DNA of 64,000 nt from Spirochaetia bacterium (GTDB taxonomy: Bacteria; Spirochaetota; Spirochaetia; SZUA-6; Bin103), in contig CBDBOV010000002.1 of NCBI GenBank assembly GCA_965208575.1, positions 352,001 to 416,000 of the forward strand, written 5' to 3'. The notes below the pieces were generated by a model. It saw only the letters and a list, made by a program, of their open reading frames with translations, did no database searches and was not told where the DNA came from. Positions 1 to 9,809 of this stretch are shown here, piece by piece. The stretch's first letter is position 1. Every line of letters starts with the position of its first letter. The position numbers were made by a program, and so were the translations under genes.

Positions 1-1
1 G

Positions 2-1042
2 GCCGAGGTCGCGCGGCTGCCGCCGCCCGACCCGCCGCTGGTGGCGGTGATCGGTCCCGGCGGCGCCCCGCTCACCGGTGTCCCGGACGCCGCCGCGGAG
101 GTGATTGCCGCCTACCGCCTGGCAACCGGTGAGTTCAGACCGGCTCCCGCTGCCGCCGCGGAGTCGCAAACCGATTGGACGCGGGGGTCAGCGCCCGCGC
201 CGGCGGCGGACGCGGGAACCGGCGCCCGCCGCGCACCCGACGCCAGCGCGCGCTCGGTCGACGAAGGCATCGCGCAGAACCGTCCCGGCGACGCTCCAGC
301 GGCTCGCTTCGCCGCGGCAGCCGCCGCGGTGGCAACAACCGATGCGCTACCCGAGCCGTGGTTCGCGGCGGCGCGCAAGGTACTGGTTACCGGAACCACG
401 GCGGAGCCCTACCGCCACCTTGGCGAGCTGGTGCACACTCCGCTGATCGCGATCGCGGAGCCGGAGGACTGGCAGCCGCTCGACGCCGCGCTCAAGCGCC
501 TGGCGTCCTACTCGCTGGTCGTGTTTACCAGCCGCTTCGCGGTCGCGGCGCTGCTGGGGCGGCTGCTCGCCCGCGGCGGCGATGCGCGGCGCCTGGCCGG
601 GGCCCGGCTGGCCGCAATCGGCCGTGGCACGGCCGCGGCACTGCGCAGCCGCGGCCTGGCGGCCGACCTGGTGGCCGCGTCGGAGGACACCGAGGGCCTG
701 CTGGAGGCGCTGCGCAATGCCGGTGCGATGGCCGGCGAACGCGTGCTGCTGCCGCGCTCCGCGCTGGCCGGCGCCGCGCTGCCGGATGCGCTGCACGCCG
801 CCGGAGCGCAGGTGACGGCGGTCACCGCCTACCGCAATCTGCCGGTGCCCGATCCGGTGCGGGTGGACCTGGCCGCCCTCGATGCGGCTCTGCTCACCTC
901 GCCCTCCACGGTTGCGGCATTCCGCAACCTGTACGGCGAGCAGGTGCCGGCGTCCCTCGCGCTGTGGTGCCGCGGCCCGCGCACCCGCGCCGCCGCGCAG
1001 GCGGCGTTCGGCCGCGGCGCCCCCGTCCCGTCCCCGTCCTGA
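2..1042 (+). CDS. hemD: Uroporphyrinogen-III synthase (HemD) domain, C-terminal part of a probable CobA/HemD fusion; 5' end lies outside the window
   Basis: Frame open from the window start; HemD motifs VVFTSRFAV, LAAIGRGTAAAL, VLLPRS, TAYRN, LLTSPSTV. Confidence 0.8.
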   Translation, partial: AEVARLPPPDPPLVAVIGPGGAPLTGVPDAAAEVIAAYRLATGEFRPAPAAAAESQTDWTRGSAPAPAADAGTGARRAPDASARSVDEGIAQNRPGDAPAARFAAAAAAVATTDALPEPWFAAARKVLVTGTTAEPYRHLGELVHTPLIAIAEPEDWQPLDAALKRLASYSLVVFTSRFAVAALLGRLLARGGDARRLAGARLAAIGRGTAAALRSRGLAADLVAASEDTEGLLEALRNAGAMAGERVLLPRSALAGAALPDALHAAGAQVTAVTAYRNLPVPDPVRVDLAALDAALLTSPSTVAAFRNLYGEQVPASLALWCRGPRTRAAAQAAFGRGAPVPSPS

Positions 1043-1111
1043 CCGCCCGAGCCCGCGCAGGCATGGCAGCACGGGCGGCATCCGAGACGCCGGAGGATGA
1101 GTTGCCGGGTG

Positions 1112-2035
1112 TTACCCGCGGGCGCGGAGCTGTTGCAGGAGGGCGTCGTCGCGGCGCCACTTCTTGCGCACCTTGACGCGCAGGTCGAGGTGGATGCGGT
1201 GGCCGAAGATGCGTGCGAGTTCGGCCGTGGCGTCGCGGCGGATGGCAGCGATGCCGGCGCCGCCGCGGCCCACCACGATGCCGACCTGGCTTGGCCGCTC
1301 CACCCAGATGGTGGCGCGAATCCACAGCGCGCCGGGGCGCTGTTCCAGGTCGATCACGTCGACGTACAGGGCGTGCGGCACCTCCGCCGTCACGCGGGCG
1401 AAGGCATGCTCGCGCACGATCTCGGCAACGCGGAAGTCGGGCGTCTGGTCGGTGTACATGTCGTCCGGGTAGAGCAGGTCGCCGACCGGGCTCAGTTCCA
1501 GCAGGCGCGCCACCAGGGCGGGCACGCCGGTGCCGGTGCGTGCCGACACGGAGCGGATCTCGTCGATGCCGGCGCGGCGCAGGCGGGCCTCGCGCTCCTC
1601 GGCGCCGCGCGTTCCCGCCAGGTCCACCTTGTTGCACGCCGCCACCCGCGCGCCGGCGAAGCGACGGGTGGCGGCGAGCACCGCCTCATCCTCGGGGCCG
1701 AACGGCCGGGTGGCGTCGAACAGCAGCAACAGCAGGTCGACTTCGTCGGCGACCGACAGCGCCACGGTCTTCAGCACCAGGTTCAGCTTGCGCTCGCTGA
1801 CGTGCAGGCCGGGGGTGTCGAGGAAGATGAGCTGGCCGGCCGGCAGGGTCGCGATGCCGCGCACACGGCTGCGCGTGGTCTGCGGCACCGGCGACACGAT
1901 GGACACCTTGTGCCCGCAGATGTGGTTGATGAGCGACGACTTGCCGGTCGACGGGCGCCCGACGACGCCGATCGTGCCGACGCGCATCGGGTCCGCGCCT
2001 GCCGGTTCGGCGCGCGCCGGCTCGGCGCCGGTCAC
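1112..2035 (-). CDS. era: GTPase Era
   Basis: GRPSTGKSS, PQTTR, DTPG, NKVD, SA motifs and KH-domain GIVVGRGG; GTG start overlaps the tetR stop (GTGA); alternative ATG at 1987. Confidence 0.95.
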   Translation of the reverse strand: MTGAEPARAEPAGADPMRVGTIGVVGRPSTGKSSLINHICGHKVSIVSPVPQTTRSRVRGIATLPAGQLIFLDTPGLHVSERKLNLVLKTVALSVADEVDLLLLLFDATRPFGPEDEAVLAATRRFAGARVAACNKVDLAGTRGAEEREARLRRAGIDEIRSVSARTGTGVPALVARLLELSPVGDLLYPDDMYTDQTPDFRVAEIVREHAFARVTAEVPHALYVDVIDLEQRPGALWIRATIWVERPSQVGIVVGRGGAGIAAIRRDATAELARIFGHRIHLDLRVKVRKKWRRDDALLQQLRARG

Positions 2036-2736
2036 TGCGGTTCGTTCCCGGAAGCGGACGGCACCGGCGACCGCCCGCGCGCGCGGGCGCGGCGCCGGTC
2101 CACCCGCTCGGCGCGCTTGCGCAGCGTGAGCCGCCGCCGCAGGCCGCGTTCCACCAGCGTCAGGGTGTCTTCGATCAGGATATCGTTGCCGGGGCTGCCG
2201 AAGTTGGCCAGCAGGGCGGTGTAGAGCGCGATCAGCATCGAGCGCACGTTGTGAAACCGCGCCGTACGGAAGGTGCGCAGGCGGATGCCGGCGAGGAGAA
2301 TCTCGTCGATCATCTCGCCGATGCGCTCGAGTACCCACGCGGAACGCTGCGCGGGGCTCGCGCCGGGGCACACGTAGCGCCGGTCGCCGGTCAGCACGCC
2401 GAGCAGGATCGGGCTGCGCCGCAGGCCGAGCGTAATGAAGCGGTACAGCGCCTTGAGTTGATTCATGGGCGACTCGAAGCGGTCGACCACGCGTCTCGCC
2501 TCGCTGATGGCGCGCCGTTCGATCACCTCCACGATGTGCGCGTAAAACGCCTCCTTGCTTGGGAAGTAGCGGTAGAAGCTGCCGGTCGCCAGACCGGCGT
2601 CGCGGGTAATCTGCTCGACGCTGACTTCGCGGTAGCCCTGCGCCGAGAACAGGCGCTCGCCGATTTCCAGCAGTGCCGCCCGGCGCCGCGCACGGGCCGG
2701 ACGTTCTAGTTCCAATTGCTGTGGGATGGCGTTCAT
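2032..2736 (-). CDS. TetR/AcrR family transcriptional regulator
   Basis: N-terminal HTH LFSAQGYREVSVEQITRDAGLATGSFYRYFPSKE. Confidence 0.92.
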   Translation of the reverse strand: MNAIPQQLELERPARARRRAALLEIGERLFSAQGYREVSVEQITRDAGLATGSFYRYFPSKEAFYAHIVEVIERRAISEARRVVDRFESPMNQLKALYRFITLGLRRSPILLGVLTGDRRYVCPGASPAQRSAWVLERIGEMIDEILLAGIRLRTFRTARFHNVRSMLIALYTALLANFGSPGNDILIEDTLTLVERGLRRRLTLRKRAERVDRRRARARGRSPVPSASGNEPQ

Positions 2737-2746
2737 AGCGAAAAAG

Positions 2747-2769
2747 TGAATATCGTATTCAGATATTCA
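2747..2769. promoter_or_regulatory. Palindromic operator, probably TetR-bound, between tetR and the divergent cysteate synthase operon
   Basis: TGAATATC-N7-GATATTCA with perfect 8-bp arms, plus nested TGAATA-TCG-TATTCA; AT-rich patch 10 bp upstream of the tetR ATG. Confidence 0.6.
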
Positions 2770-2999
2770 GGCGCCCAGTCTAACCGAAACCCGGATTGCA
2801 TACCACCTGCGGCGATTATTTCGCCATCGTAGCACTCTTCGCGCACGCGCGGAATACGCTTCCCGCGCGGCCCCTTACACTGACCGTATTGGCCCTACCC
2901 GCGGTCCACTGCAGGTGCCGGGAACGGCTGGCCGGCACCGTGCCGGCGGTCGCCCCGGAGGCAGAGGCATTCGCCGGTAGTACCATGTGGGAGAGAACC

Positions 3000-4328
3000 A
3001 TGGAGTCCATGCACTATCGGCTGCGCTGCCTGGCGTGTGGGGCATCGTACCCTGAACAGCGCGCCGGGTTCCGTCTGCAGTGCGACTGCGCGGTACCGCC
3101 GCGCGGCCTGCTGCGTGCCGAGTACCGTGAACGGTTCGTACCGGTCAGCGAGAATGGGGTGTTCCGCTACCGCAACTGGCTGCCGATCCGGCGCGGCGCG
3201 CCGTGGAGCGCCGTGCTGCGGCGCCCGGCGCCCGGTCCCGTGGCCTACCGCAGCCGCGAGCTGGCCCGCCGCATCGGGCTCGATCGGTTGGTGGTGCTGT
3301 TCTCGGGCTACTGGCCGGAACGCGGAGCCGGTTGCGAAACCTGCAGCTTCAAGGAGCTGGAAGCGCTTGCGGTGACCGCGCGGCTGCCCGAGGCTGATCG
3401 GCGGCCACTGGTGGTTGCCTCCGCGGGCAACACCGGGCGCGCGTTCCACACCGTCTGCTCGCGCCATGCCGTACCCGCGGTGGTGGTGGTGCCCGAGGCC
3501 GCCCTGCCGGCACTGTGGACCACCGCCCCGGCTGCCGCCGAGACCACGCTGGTAGCGGTAACCGGCGACGCCGACTACGCCGATGCGATACGGGTTGCCG
3601 GCATGATCGCCGCCCTGCCCGGCTTCCTGGCCGAGGGCGGTGCACACAACGTGGCGCGGCGCGACGGCATGGGAACCGCGCTGCTCGCCGGCGTCGAGTG
3701 CGCCGGCGCCCTGCCGCGCCACTACGTGCAGGCGGTCGGCAGCGGCACCGGCGCGATCGCCGCGTGGGAAATGGCGCAGCGCCTGGTGCGGGACGGCCGT
3801 TTCGGCGGCCAGGTACCGCGCATGCACCTGGCGCAGAACCGGCCCTTCACCATCATGGCGGACGCCTGGCAGCGGCGCAGCAGGCAACTGCCGCCGCTCG
3901 ACGAGGCGCAGGCCAAGCGCCGCATCGCCGCCCTGCGCGCCACGGTGCTGAGCAACCGCCAGCCGCCCTACGCGCTCGCCGGCGGCGTGTACGACGCCCT
4001 GTCCGCCAGCGCCGGGGCGATGTACCGCGTCACCAACCGGCAGGCGGAGCACGCCGGTGCCCTGTTCGCGGCGGTCGAGGGCTGCGACATCGACCCCGCG
4101 GCGGCGGTGGCCGTGGCGGCGCTGCAGCAGGCGGTGGCGTGTGGCGCGGTCGGGCGGGACGAGATGGTGTTTCTCAACGTGACCGGCGGCGGCCTCCGGC
4201 GCCTGCACGGCGAGCAGCGCACGCGCCGGCTGGCACCCGACCTCGTGGTCGATCACCGCACCGTCACCGACGCCGACCTGGCGCGGAGGCTCGAAGCGGT
4301 CCGCGCCCCGGTCCGGGAGGTGGCATGA
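3000..4328 (+). CDS. Cysteate synthase (threonine-synthase-like PLP enzyme; CapA-like)
   Basis: YRLRCLACG N-terminus, FSGYWPERGA, TCSFKELEA (PLP Lys), VASAGNT, EGGAHNVARRDGMGT, HYVQAVGSGTGAIAAWE, VLSNRQPPY; RBS GGGAGAG before ATG 3000. Confidence 0.88.
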   Translation: MESMHYRLRCLACGASYPEQRAGFRLQCDCAVPPRGLLRAEYRERFVPVSENGVFRYRNWLPIRRGAPWSAVLRRPAPGPVAYRSRELARRIGLDRLVVLFSGYWPERGAGCETCSFKELEALAVTARLPEADRRPLVVASAGNTGRAFHTVCSRHAVPAVVVVPEAALPALWTTAPAAAETTLVAVTGDADYADAIRVAGMIAALPGFLAEGGAHNVARRDGMGTALLAGVECAGALPRHYVQAVGSGTGAIAAWEMAQRLVRDGRFGGQVPRMHLAQNRPFTIMADAWQRRSRQLPPLDEAQAKRRIAALRATVLSNRQPPYALAGGVYDALSASAGAMYRVTNRQAEHAGALFAAVEGCDIDPAAAVAVAALQQAVACGAVGRDEMVFLNVTGGGLRRLHGEQRTRRLAPDLVVDHRTVTDADLARRLEAVRAPVREVA

Positions 4329-5566
4329 GCGACCTGTTCGCCAAGTGCCGCGGCGACGGCGGGTACTTCGGCGTGTACCGGGCGGCCGGCGACAAGTACG
4401 TCGTGCGCCCCATTCTGGACTCCCTGCCCGGCCCGCACATGGAATCGGGCGGGCGCCGGGTGATCATGTGGGGCATCAACAGCTACCTCGGCCTGACCGG
4501 AAACGAACGCATCAAGGCGGCCGCCGAGGCGTCGGTGGCGCGCTACTCCACCTGCACGCCGATGGGGTCGCGCCTGCTCACCGGCAACACGAGCAGGCAC
4601 GAGGCGCTGGAGCGGCGGCTGGCCGAATACTGCGGCAAGCAGGCCTCCGTGCTGTTCAACTACGGCTACCTCGGCGTGATGGGCACGATCTCCGCCCTGA
4701 TCGGCCCCAAGGACGTAGTGATCATCGACAAGCTGTCGCACGCATCGATGATCGACGGCACCATCCTGGCGATGGCGGGGCGCCGCTTCCGGCCGTTCCG
4801 CCACAACGACATGGAGAGTCTCGAGCAGCAGCTTCGCGCCGAGCGCGAGCGCGGCGCCGGCGGCATCCTGATCGTGATCGAGGGCGTGTACGGGATGCGC
4901 GGCGACCTGGCCAACCTGCCCGACATCGCCGCCCTCGCGCGCCGCTACGAGGCGCGCATCTTCATCGACGACGCGCACGGGTTCGGGGTGATGGGCGCCG
5001 GCGGACGCGGCACCGCCGAGCACTTCGGCGTGCAGGACGAGATCGACCTCTACTTCGGCACCTTCGCCAAGGCGTTCGCGGCGATCGGCGGCGTCACCGC
5101 CGGCGACCCGGAGGTGATCGAGTACATTCGATTCAACGCGCGTACCAACGTGTTCGCCAAGGCGTTGCCGATGGTCTACGTGGACGTGCTCGACGCCACG
5201 CTCGACGAGATCCTCGCGCATCCGGAGTATCGTGAACGGATGTGGCACAACGCGCGCGCCCTGCAGCGCGGCCTGCTCGAGTTGGGCTACAGCATCGGCG
5301 ATACCCAGTCGCCGGTGACGCCGGTGTACATTCCCTCCGGCCCGGAGACCGGTCGCGCGATCATGGTGATGCTGCGCGAGGAGTACGGCGTATTCCTGTC
5401 CGGCGTCACCTACCCGGTGGTGCCGCGCGGCATCAACCTGTTCCGCATGATCCCGACGGCGCTGCACACCGACCAGGACGTGGCCGACACCCTGGCCGCG
5501 TTCGCCGAGATTCGCGACCGCCTGAACCTGGACCTCGCCAGTCTGAAGAGCCTCAGCCTGGCCTGA
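4325..5566 (+). CDS. Class II PLP alpha-oxoamine synthase; putative cysteate-C-fatty acyltransferase (CapB/SulA-like)
   Basis: WGINSYLGL, GSRLLTGN, DKLSHASMIDG, FRHNDM, EGVYGMRGD, DDAHGFG, GTFAKAF; ATGA overlap with the cysteate synthase stop. Confidence 0.75.
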   Translation: MSDLFAKCRGDGGYFGVYRAAGDKYVVRPILDSLPGPHMESGGRRVIMWGINSYLGLTGNERIKAAAEASVARYSTCTPMGSRLLTGNTSRHEALERRLAEYCGKQASVLFNYGYLGVMGTISALIGPKDVVIIDKLSHASMIDGTILAMAGRRFRPFRHNDMESLEQQLRAERERGAGGILIVIEGVYGMRGDLANLPDIAALARRYEARIFIDDAHGFGVMGAGGRGTAEHFGVQDEIDLYFGTFAKAFAAIGGVTAGDPEVIEYIRFNARTNVFAKALPMVYVDVLDATLDEILAHPEYRERMWHNARALQRGLLELGYSIGDTQSPVTPVYIPSGPETGRAIMVMLREEYGVFLSGVTYPVVPRGINLFRMIPTALHTDQDVADTLAAFAEIRDRLNLDLASLKSLSLA

Positions 5567-5571
5567 CCGCG

Positions 5572-6684
5572 ATGGCCGCCACCTCGCGCGGCCGCGGGTT
5601 GTGCGGCCGCCGGCTCCGCGTCCCGGTGCGCGCGGTCGCGCCCGTCTCGCTTTCGCCGACCGGCGGCGGCGACTCACCGCGCCGCCTCGGGCCGTGCCCG
5701 GCGGCGGTCACGGCCGCGGTTGCGGTCGTGCTTGCCCTGCTGGCGCTGAACGGCTGCGGCGAGGCGTTGCGGCAGCATGAATTCGCGGCCATGTCCACGG
5801 TGGTGCGCGCTTCGGTGTACGGGCCGGGCCCCGACTGGCAGGCGTTCGAGCGCGCCGCCCACGCGTACGCCGCGCGCTACGACCACCGCGACCCGGCGAG
5901 CCCGGTGGCGCGGCTCAACCGCGACGGCGCGGCCGCGCTCGACCCGCTGACCGCCGCCACCCTGAGCCGCGCCGTGCAGTTGGCGGAGGCCACCGGCGGC
6001 GCGTTCGATCCCACCATGCTGCCGGTCACCCGGTTGTGGAACTTCGACGACGGCGGCGCGCTGCCCGACGCCGCCGCCCTGCGCGCCGCGCTGCAACGGG
6101 TCGACTACCGCCGCCTGCGGGTGACCGGCGGCACGGCGACGCTGGACGGAGCGGAACTGGACCTGGGCGCCATCGGCAAGGGCGCCGTGGTGGATCACCT
6201 GGCCGACTGGCTCACCGAACGCGGCTACCGGCGGTTTCTGCTGGAGGCGGGCGGCGACGTGCTGGTGTCGGACCTGAAGCCGGACGGCACGCAATGGCGG
6301 ATCTGGATCCGGCACCCGCGCTCCGCGGACGCCCCGCTGGCGATCGCCACCATAGGCGCGGCGGGGCAGCGGGTGGCGCTGGCCACGTCGGGAGACTACG
6401 AGCGCTTCATGGAGCGCGACGGCGTGCGTTACCATCACATCCTCAATCCCGCGACCGGGCACCCGGACAGCGACGCGGTCTCGGCGTCGGTGATCGCCGG
6501 CAGCGCAACCGAGGCGGACGCGCTCGCGACGGCGCTGTTCGTCCTGGGCAGCGGCGGCGGGGAGCTGTTGCGCGGCGGCTACGCGGGGATCGAGGGGGTG
6601 ATCATGTACCGCGCGGGCGAGGAGCTTGCGGCGCTGACCAGCGAGCGGTTTCCGGCGCTGCATGGCCGCCTCAACGTGAATTGA
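5572..6684 (+). CDS. apbE: FAD:protein FMN transferase (ApbE) lipoprotein
   Basis: Lipobox LALNGC; GGAFDPT, LDLGAIGKG, AGGD, ATSGDYER, YHHILNPATG, ADALATALF; start uncertain. Confidence 0.93.
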   Translation: MAATSRGRGLCGRRLRVPVRAVAPVSLSPTGGGDSPRRLGPCPAAVTAAVAVVLALLALNGCGEALRQHEFAAMSTVVRASVYGPGPDWQAFERAAHAYAARYDHRDPASPVARLNRDGAAALDPLTAATLSRAVQLAEATGGAFDPTMLPVTRLWNFDDGGALPDAAALRAALQRVDYRRLRVTGGTATLDGAELDLGAIGKGAVVDHLADWLTERGYRRFLLEAGGDVLVSDLKPDGTQWRIWIRHPRSADAPLAIATIGAAGQRVALATSGDYERFMERDGVRYHHILNPATGHPDSDAVSASVIAGSATEADALATALFVLGSGGGELLRGGYAGIEGVIMYRAGEELAALTSERFPALHGRLNVN

Positions 6685-6800
6685 CGCCGGAGGTCGCGCA
6701 GGTCGCGCAGCGGGCGGTCATTGGCGCGCCCTGGAAGCGGTGAGTATATTGCCGCGCGAGGCTGGCGAGCGGCGGCGGGAAGCTGGCGGCGCGCCGGCGA

Positions 6801-7457
6801 ATGGGAGGCTACGTGCGACCCGACTGGTACGCAGGAAGAGGCTGGCATGCCGCCGACGGCTGGCATGCCGAGGACGAGCAGGACGAGGCGGACGGGGAAG
6901 GTCGCGGCGGCGAGGCCGAAAATCCGCTGTTGAAGCAGTTCCTGAAGACGCGCACCATATTGCTCACCGGCGAGATCAACAAGGAGCTCGCCGAGCGGGT
7001 GGTGCGGCAACTGCTGTTGATGGAGCAGGAGGGCGACGACCCGATCAAGGTGTTCATCGACAGCCCCGGCGGCGACGCCGACGCCGGTTTCGCGATCCTG
7101 GACATGATGCGGTTCGTGCGCCCGCCGATCAAGATGATCGGCATGGGTCTGGTGGCCAGCGCCGGTGCGATCATCCTGCTGGCGGCCCCCAAGGAGCGCC
7201 GCTTCGCGCTGCCCAACTCGCGCTACCTGATCCACCAGCCGATGGCCGGCTTCCGCGGCGTGGGCACCGAGATCGAGATTCAGGCCAAGGAGATCGACCT
7301 GATGCGGCGCAAGATGAACGTGCTGATCTCGCAGGAGACCGGCAAGCCGGAATCGGAAGTGGAGCAGGATACCGACCGCGACTACTGGATGGGCGCCCAG
7401 GAAGCGCTCGCCTACGGACTGGTCGGCAGTATCATCAGCTCACAGGATGAGTTGTAG
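6801..7457 (+). CDS. clpP: ATP-dependent Clp protease proteolytic subunit
   Basis: IDSPGG, GLVASAG (Ser), LIHQP (His), DTDRDYWMGAQEALAYGL. Confidence 0.95.
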   Translation: MGGYVRPDWYAGRGWHAADGWHAEDEQDEADGEGRGGEAENPLLKQFLKTRTILLTGEINKELAERVVRQLLLMEQEGDDPIKVFIDSPGGDADAGFAILDMMRFVRPPIKMIGMGLVASAGAIILLAAPKERRFALPNSRYLIHQPMAGFRGVGTEIEIQAKEIDLMRRKMNVLISQETGKPESEVEQDTDRDYWMGAQEALAYGLVGSIISSQDEL

Positions 7458-8418
7458 GGCAACATTCTCCGGGTTGCGGCGCGACCGGCTGCACGCGCTC
7501 GTTGGGGGTGCCGGCCGGGTTCCCGAGGTGCACTCCTACAAGGTGCGCGACATCGTGGGTCTCGACGACCGGCTGCTGGTGGTGACCAGCGACCGGGTGT
7601 CGGCATTCGACCGCGTGCTGACCACCATTCCCTGCAAGGGACAGGTGCTGAATCAGCTTTCGGCGTTCTGGTTCCGGCACACCGCCGACATCGTGGCCAA
7701 CCACCTGCTGCGCGAGGTGACGCCGCGCAGCATGCTGGTGCGGCGCTGTTCGGTGGTGCCGGTCGAGGTGGTGGTGCGCGGCTACCTGACCGGCTCGGCG
7801 TGGCGCGACTACCAGCGCGACGGAGCGGTGTCAGGCATTCGGCTCCCGGCTGGGATGCGCGCCGGCGAACCGTTCCCGGCGCCGCTGCTGACGCCGTCGG
7901 CCAAGGGAAAGCCGGGAGAGCACGACCGCCCGCTCGCGCGCGAAGCGCTGCTCGCCGGCGGCATCGTGGATGGCCGGTTGTGGGAACGCATCGAGGCGGC
8001 GGCGCTGCAACTGTACCGGCGCGGCGTCGAACTGGCCGCGCGCAGCGGTCTGATCCTTGTGGACACCAAGTACGAATTCGGCACCGTTGGCGAGGAGCTG
8101 CTGTTGGCCGACGAGGTGCACACGCCCGACAGCAGCCGGTACTGGTACGCCGACGAATACGCCGAGCGCTTTGCCGAAGGCCGCCCGCAGCGCACGCTGG
8201 ACAAGGAGTTCCTGCGTGCCTGGCTGATGCAGCGCGGCTACCTGGGCGACGGCGACGCGCCGGAGATACCCGACGACGTGCGGGAGGCGCTCGGCGCGCG
8301 CTACCGGGAGGCGTTCCGGCTGCTGACCGGCGCCGAGCTGGAGCCGTCGCCGCTCACCGAACAGGACGAGTTGGCGGCGTACGCGGATCTGATCGGCGCC
8401 GTCCCCGCCGGCGACTGA
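7447..8418 (+). CDS. purC: SAICAR synthetase
   Basis: KVRD, SDRVSAFD, KGQVLNQLS, VEVVVRGYLTGS, ILVDTKYEFG, DEVHTPDSSRYW. Confidence 0.95.
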   Translation: MSCRATFSGLRRDRLHALVGGAGRVPEVHSYKVRDIVGLDDRLLVVTSDRVSAFDRVLTTIPCKGQVLNQLSAFWFRHTADIVANHLLREVTPRSMLVRRCSVVPVEVVVRGYLTGSAWRDYQRDGAVSGIRLPAGMRAGEPFPAPLLTPSAKGKPGEHDRPLAREALLAGGIVDGRLWERIEAAALQLYRRGVELAARSGLILVDTKYEFGTVGEELLLADEVHTPDSSRYWYADEYAERFAEGRPQRTLDKEFLRAWLMQRGYLGDGDAPEIPDDVREALGARYREAFRLLTGAELEPSPLTEQDELAAYADLIGAVPAGD

Positions 8419-9572
8419 TGGTGCCGCCGGCTCGGGGCGCCGGCCGCGCGTGCGGCGGTTTGGCTTGCGCCGCCGGTCCACGGCCTCCGCGCGGCTTCCC
8501 GGTCCGGATCGTGCGCGCAGCCGGGGTGGTCGCCGTGGTCCTGCTGCTGGCCGCCTGTAGCGGCTCGGCGCGCACCATCACCGTGGTCACCTACAACGTC
8601 GAGAACCTGTTCGACGCCGAGATTGACGGCGGCGAATACCGCGAGTTCACCCGCCATGGGGGCTGGAGCGAGGCGCTGTACACGGCCAAGCTGCGCGCCA
8701 TCGGCAGCGCGCTGGCTGCCGCCGACCGCGCCGGCGCCGACCTGGTGGCACTGCAGGAGGTGGAGCACTACGGTGCGGCGCGGCGGCTGGTGGAGCTGGA
8801 GCTGGACGGCCTCGGCTACCGGCACGTGGTGTGGCTGCCCGACCCGCACAACGCCAACGGGCCGGTGGTACTGTCCAAGCTGCCGGTGCGCCGGGTTGGC
8901 GCGCTGTGGGTGGGCGGCGGCCTGGAGGGCGGCCTGGAGCGGCCGTTGCGGCCGATCCTGGAAGTGGAGGTGGCGCTCGGCCCGGACCCCGATGCGCCGT
9001 CGCTGTTCCTGTTCAACAATCACTGGAAGTCGAAGCTCGGAGGCGCCGCCGAGACCGAGGTGTACCGGCGCCGCGCGGCGGCGCTGCTGGCCCGCCGGAT
9101 CGAGGAGATCGGCGCGGCCGATCCGGCGGCGGAGATCCTGGTGGCCGGCGACCTGAACGAGTCGATCGACGAGTATGAACGCCAGGGACGGCGCTACGCC
9201 ACCGCGCTGATGCCGGCCGCGGCGCCGGAGACCGAGGGCGGGCTGCGCGTGACGGGAACGGTCCCGAGCGCCGGCCGGCCGACGGAGCTGTTCAGTCCCT
9301 GGCTGGCGCATGACGCGGAGTCGGAGCCGCCGGGCAGTTACCGGTTCGGGGGCGAGTGGCAGACGATCGACCACCTGCTGCTCGGGGCGGGCCTGTTCGA
9401 CGAGCGCGGCCTGAGCTACGACGCGGGCGGCGCCGGTTTCGCGGTGGTCCACGACGGCCTGCTCGACGGCGATGGTGCGCCGCGCGCGTTCTACCGCGGC
9501 CCGCCGGCGGGCGGCCACTCCGATCACCTCCCCCTCCGCCTGGAGCTGACCCTGCACCCGCCGGGCGACTGA
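8418..9572 (+). CDS. Endonuclease/exonuclease/phosphatase family lipoprotein
   Basis: Lipobox LLAAC; TYNVENLFD, LQEVE, NNHWKSK, AGDLNE, IDHLL, SDHLP. Confidence 0.9.
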   Translation: MVPPARGAGRACGGLACAAGPRPPRGFPVRIVRAAGVVAVVLLLAACSGSARTITVVTYNVENLFDAEIDGGEYREFTRHGGWSEALYTAKLRAIGSALAAADRAGADLVALQEVEHYGAARRLVELELDGLGYRHVVWLPDPHNANGPVVLSKLPVRRVGALWVGGGLEGGLERPLRPILEVEVALGPDPDAPSLFLFNNHWKSKLGGAAETEVYRRRAAALLARRIEEIGAADPAAEILVAGDLNESIDEYERQGRRYATALMPAAAPETEGGLRVTGTVPSAGRPTELFSPWLAHDAESEPPGSYRFGGEWQTIDHLLLGAGLFDERGLSYDAGGAGFAVVHDGLLDGDGAPRAFYRGPPAGGHSDHLPLRLELTLHPPGD

Positions 9573-9809
9573 AGCGCCCGGCCACCGGCCGGCGGTCCGG
9601 CTGCGCGACGGGATGCGCCGACCGGCGCGGCAGTGGGGCTCGCGGTGCGCGTGCGCGGTGCGCTGGAGCGCGCATGATGCGGGCCGCGGAGGTTGGCGCC
9701 CGTGCGCCGCTGTGCCGGGGGCGCCGGCTCGTCATTTCGCACCGTGCTCCGCACTGACCTGCGGCCATGCCGGCCGCGTGTCCTGTTCGCCGGTCAGGCG
9801 GTCAGGCGG

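Noticed and set aside
4325-5566. bioF or kbl annotation
   Set aside because: No biotin or tdh context; coupling to cysteate synthase and the N-terminal motif favour a CapB-like enzyme, though this is unproven
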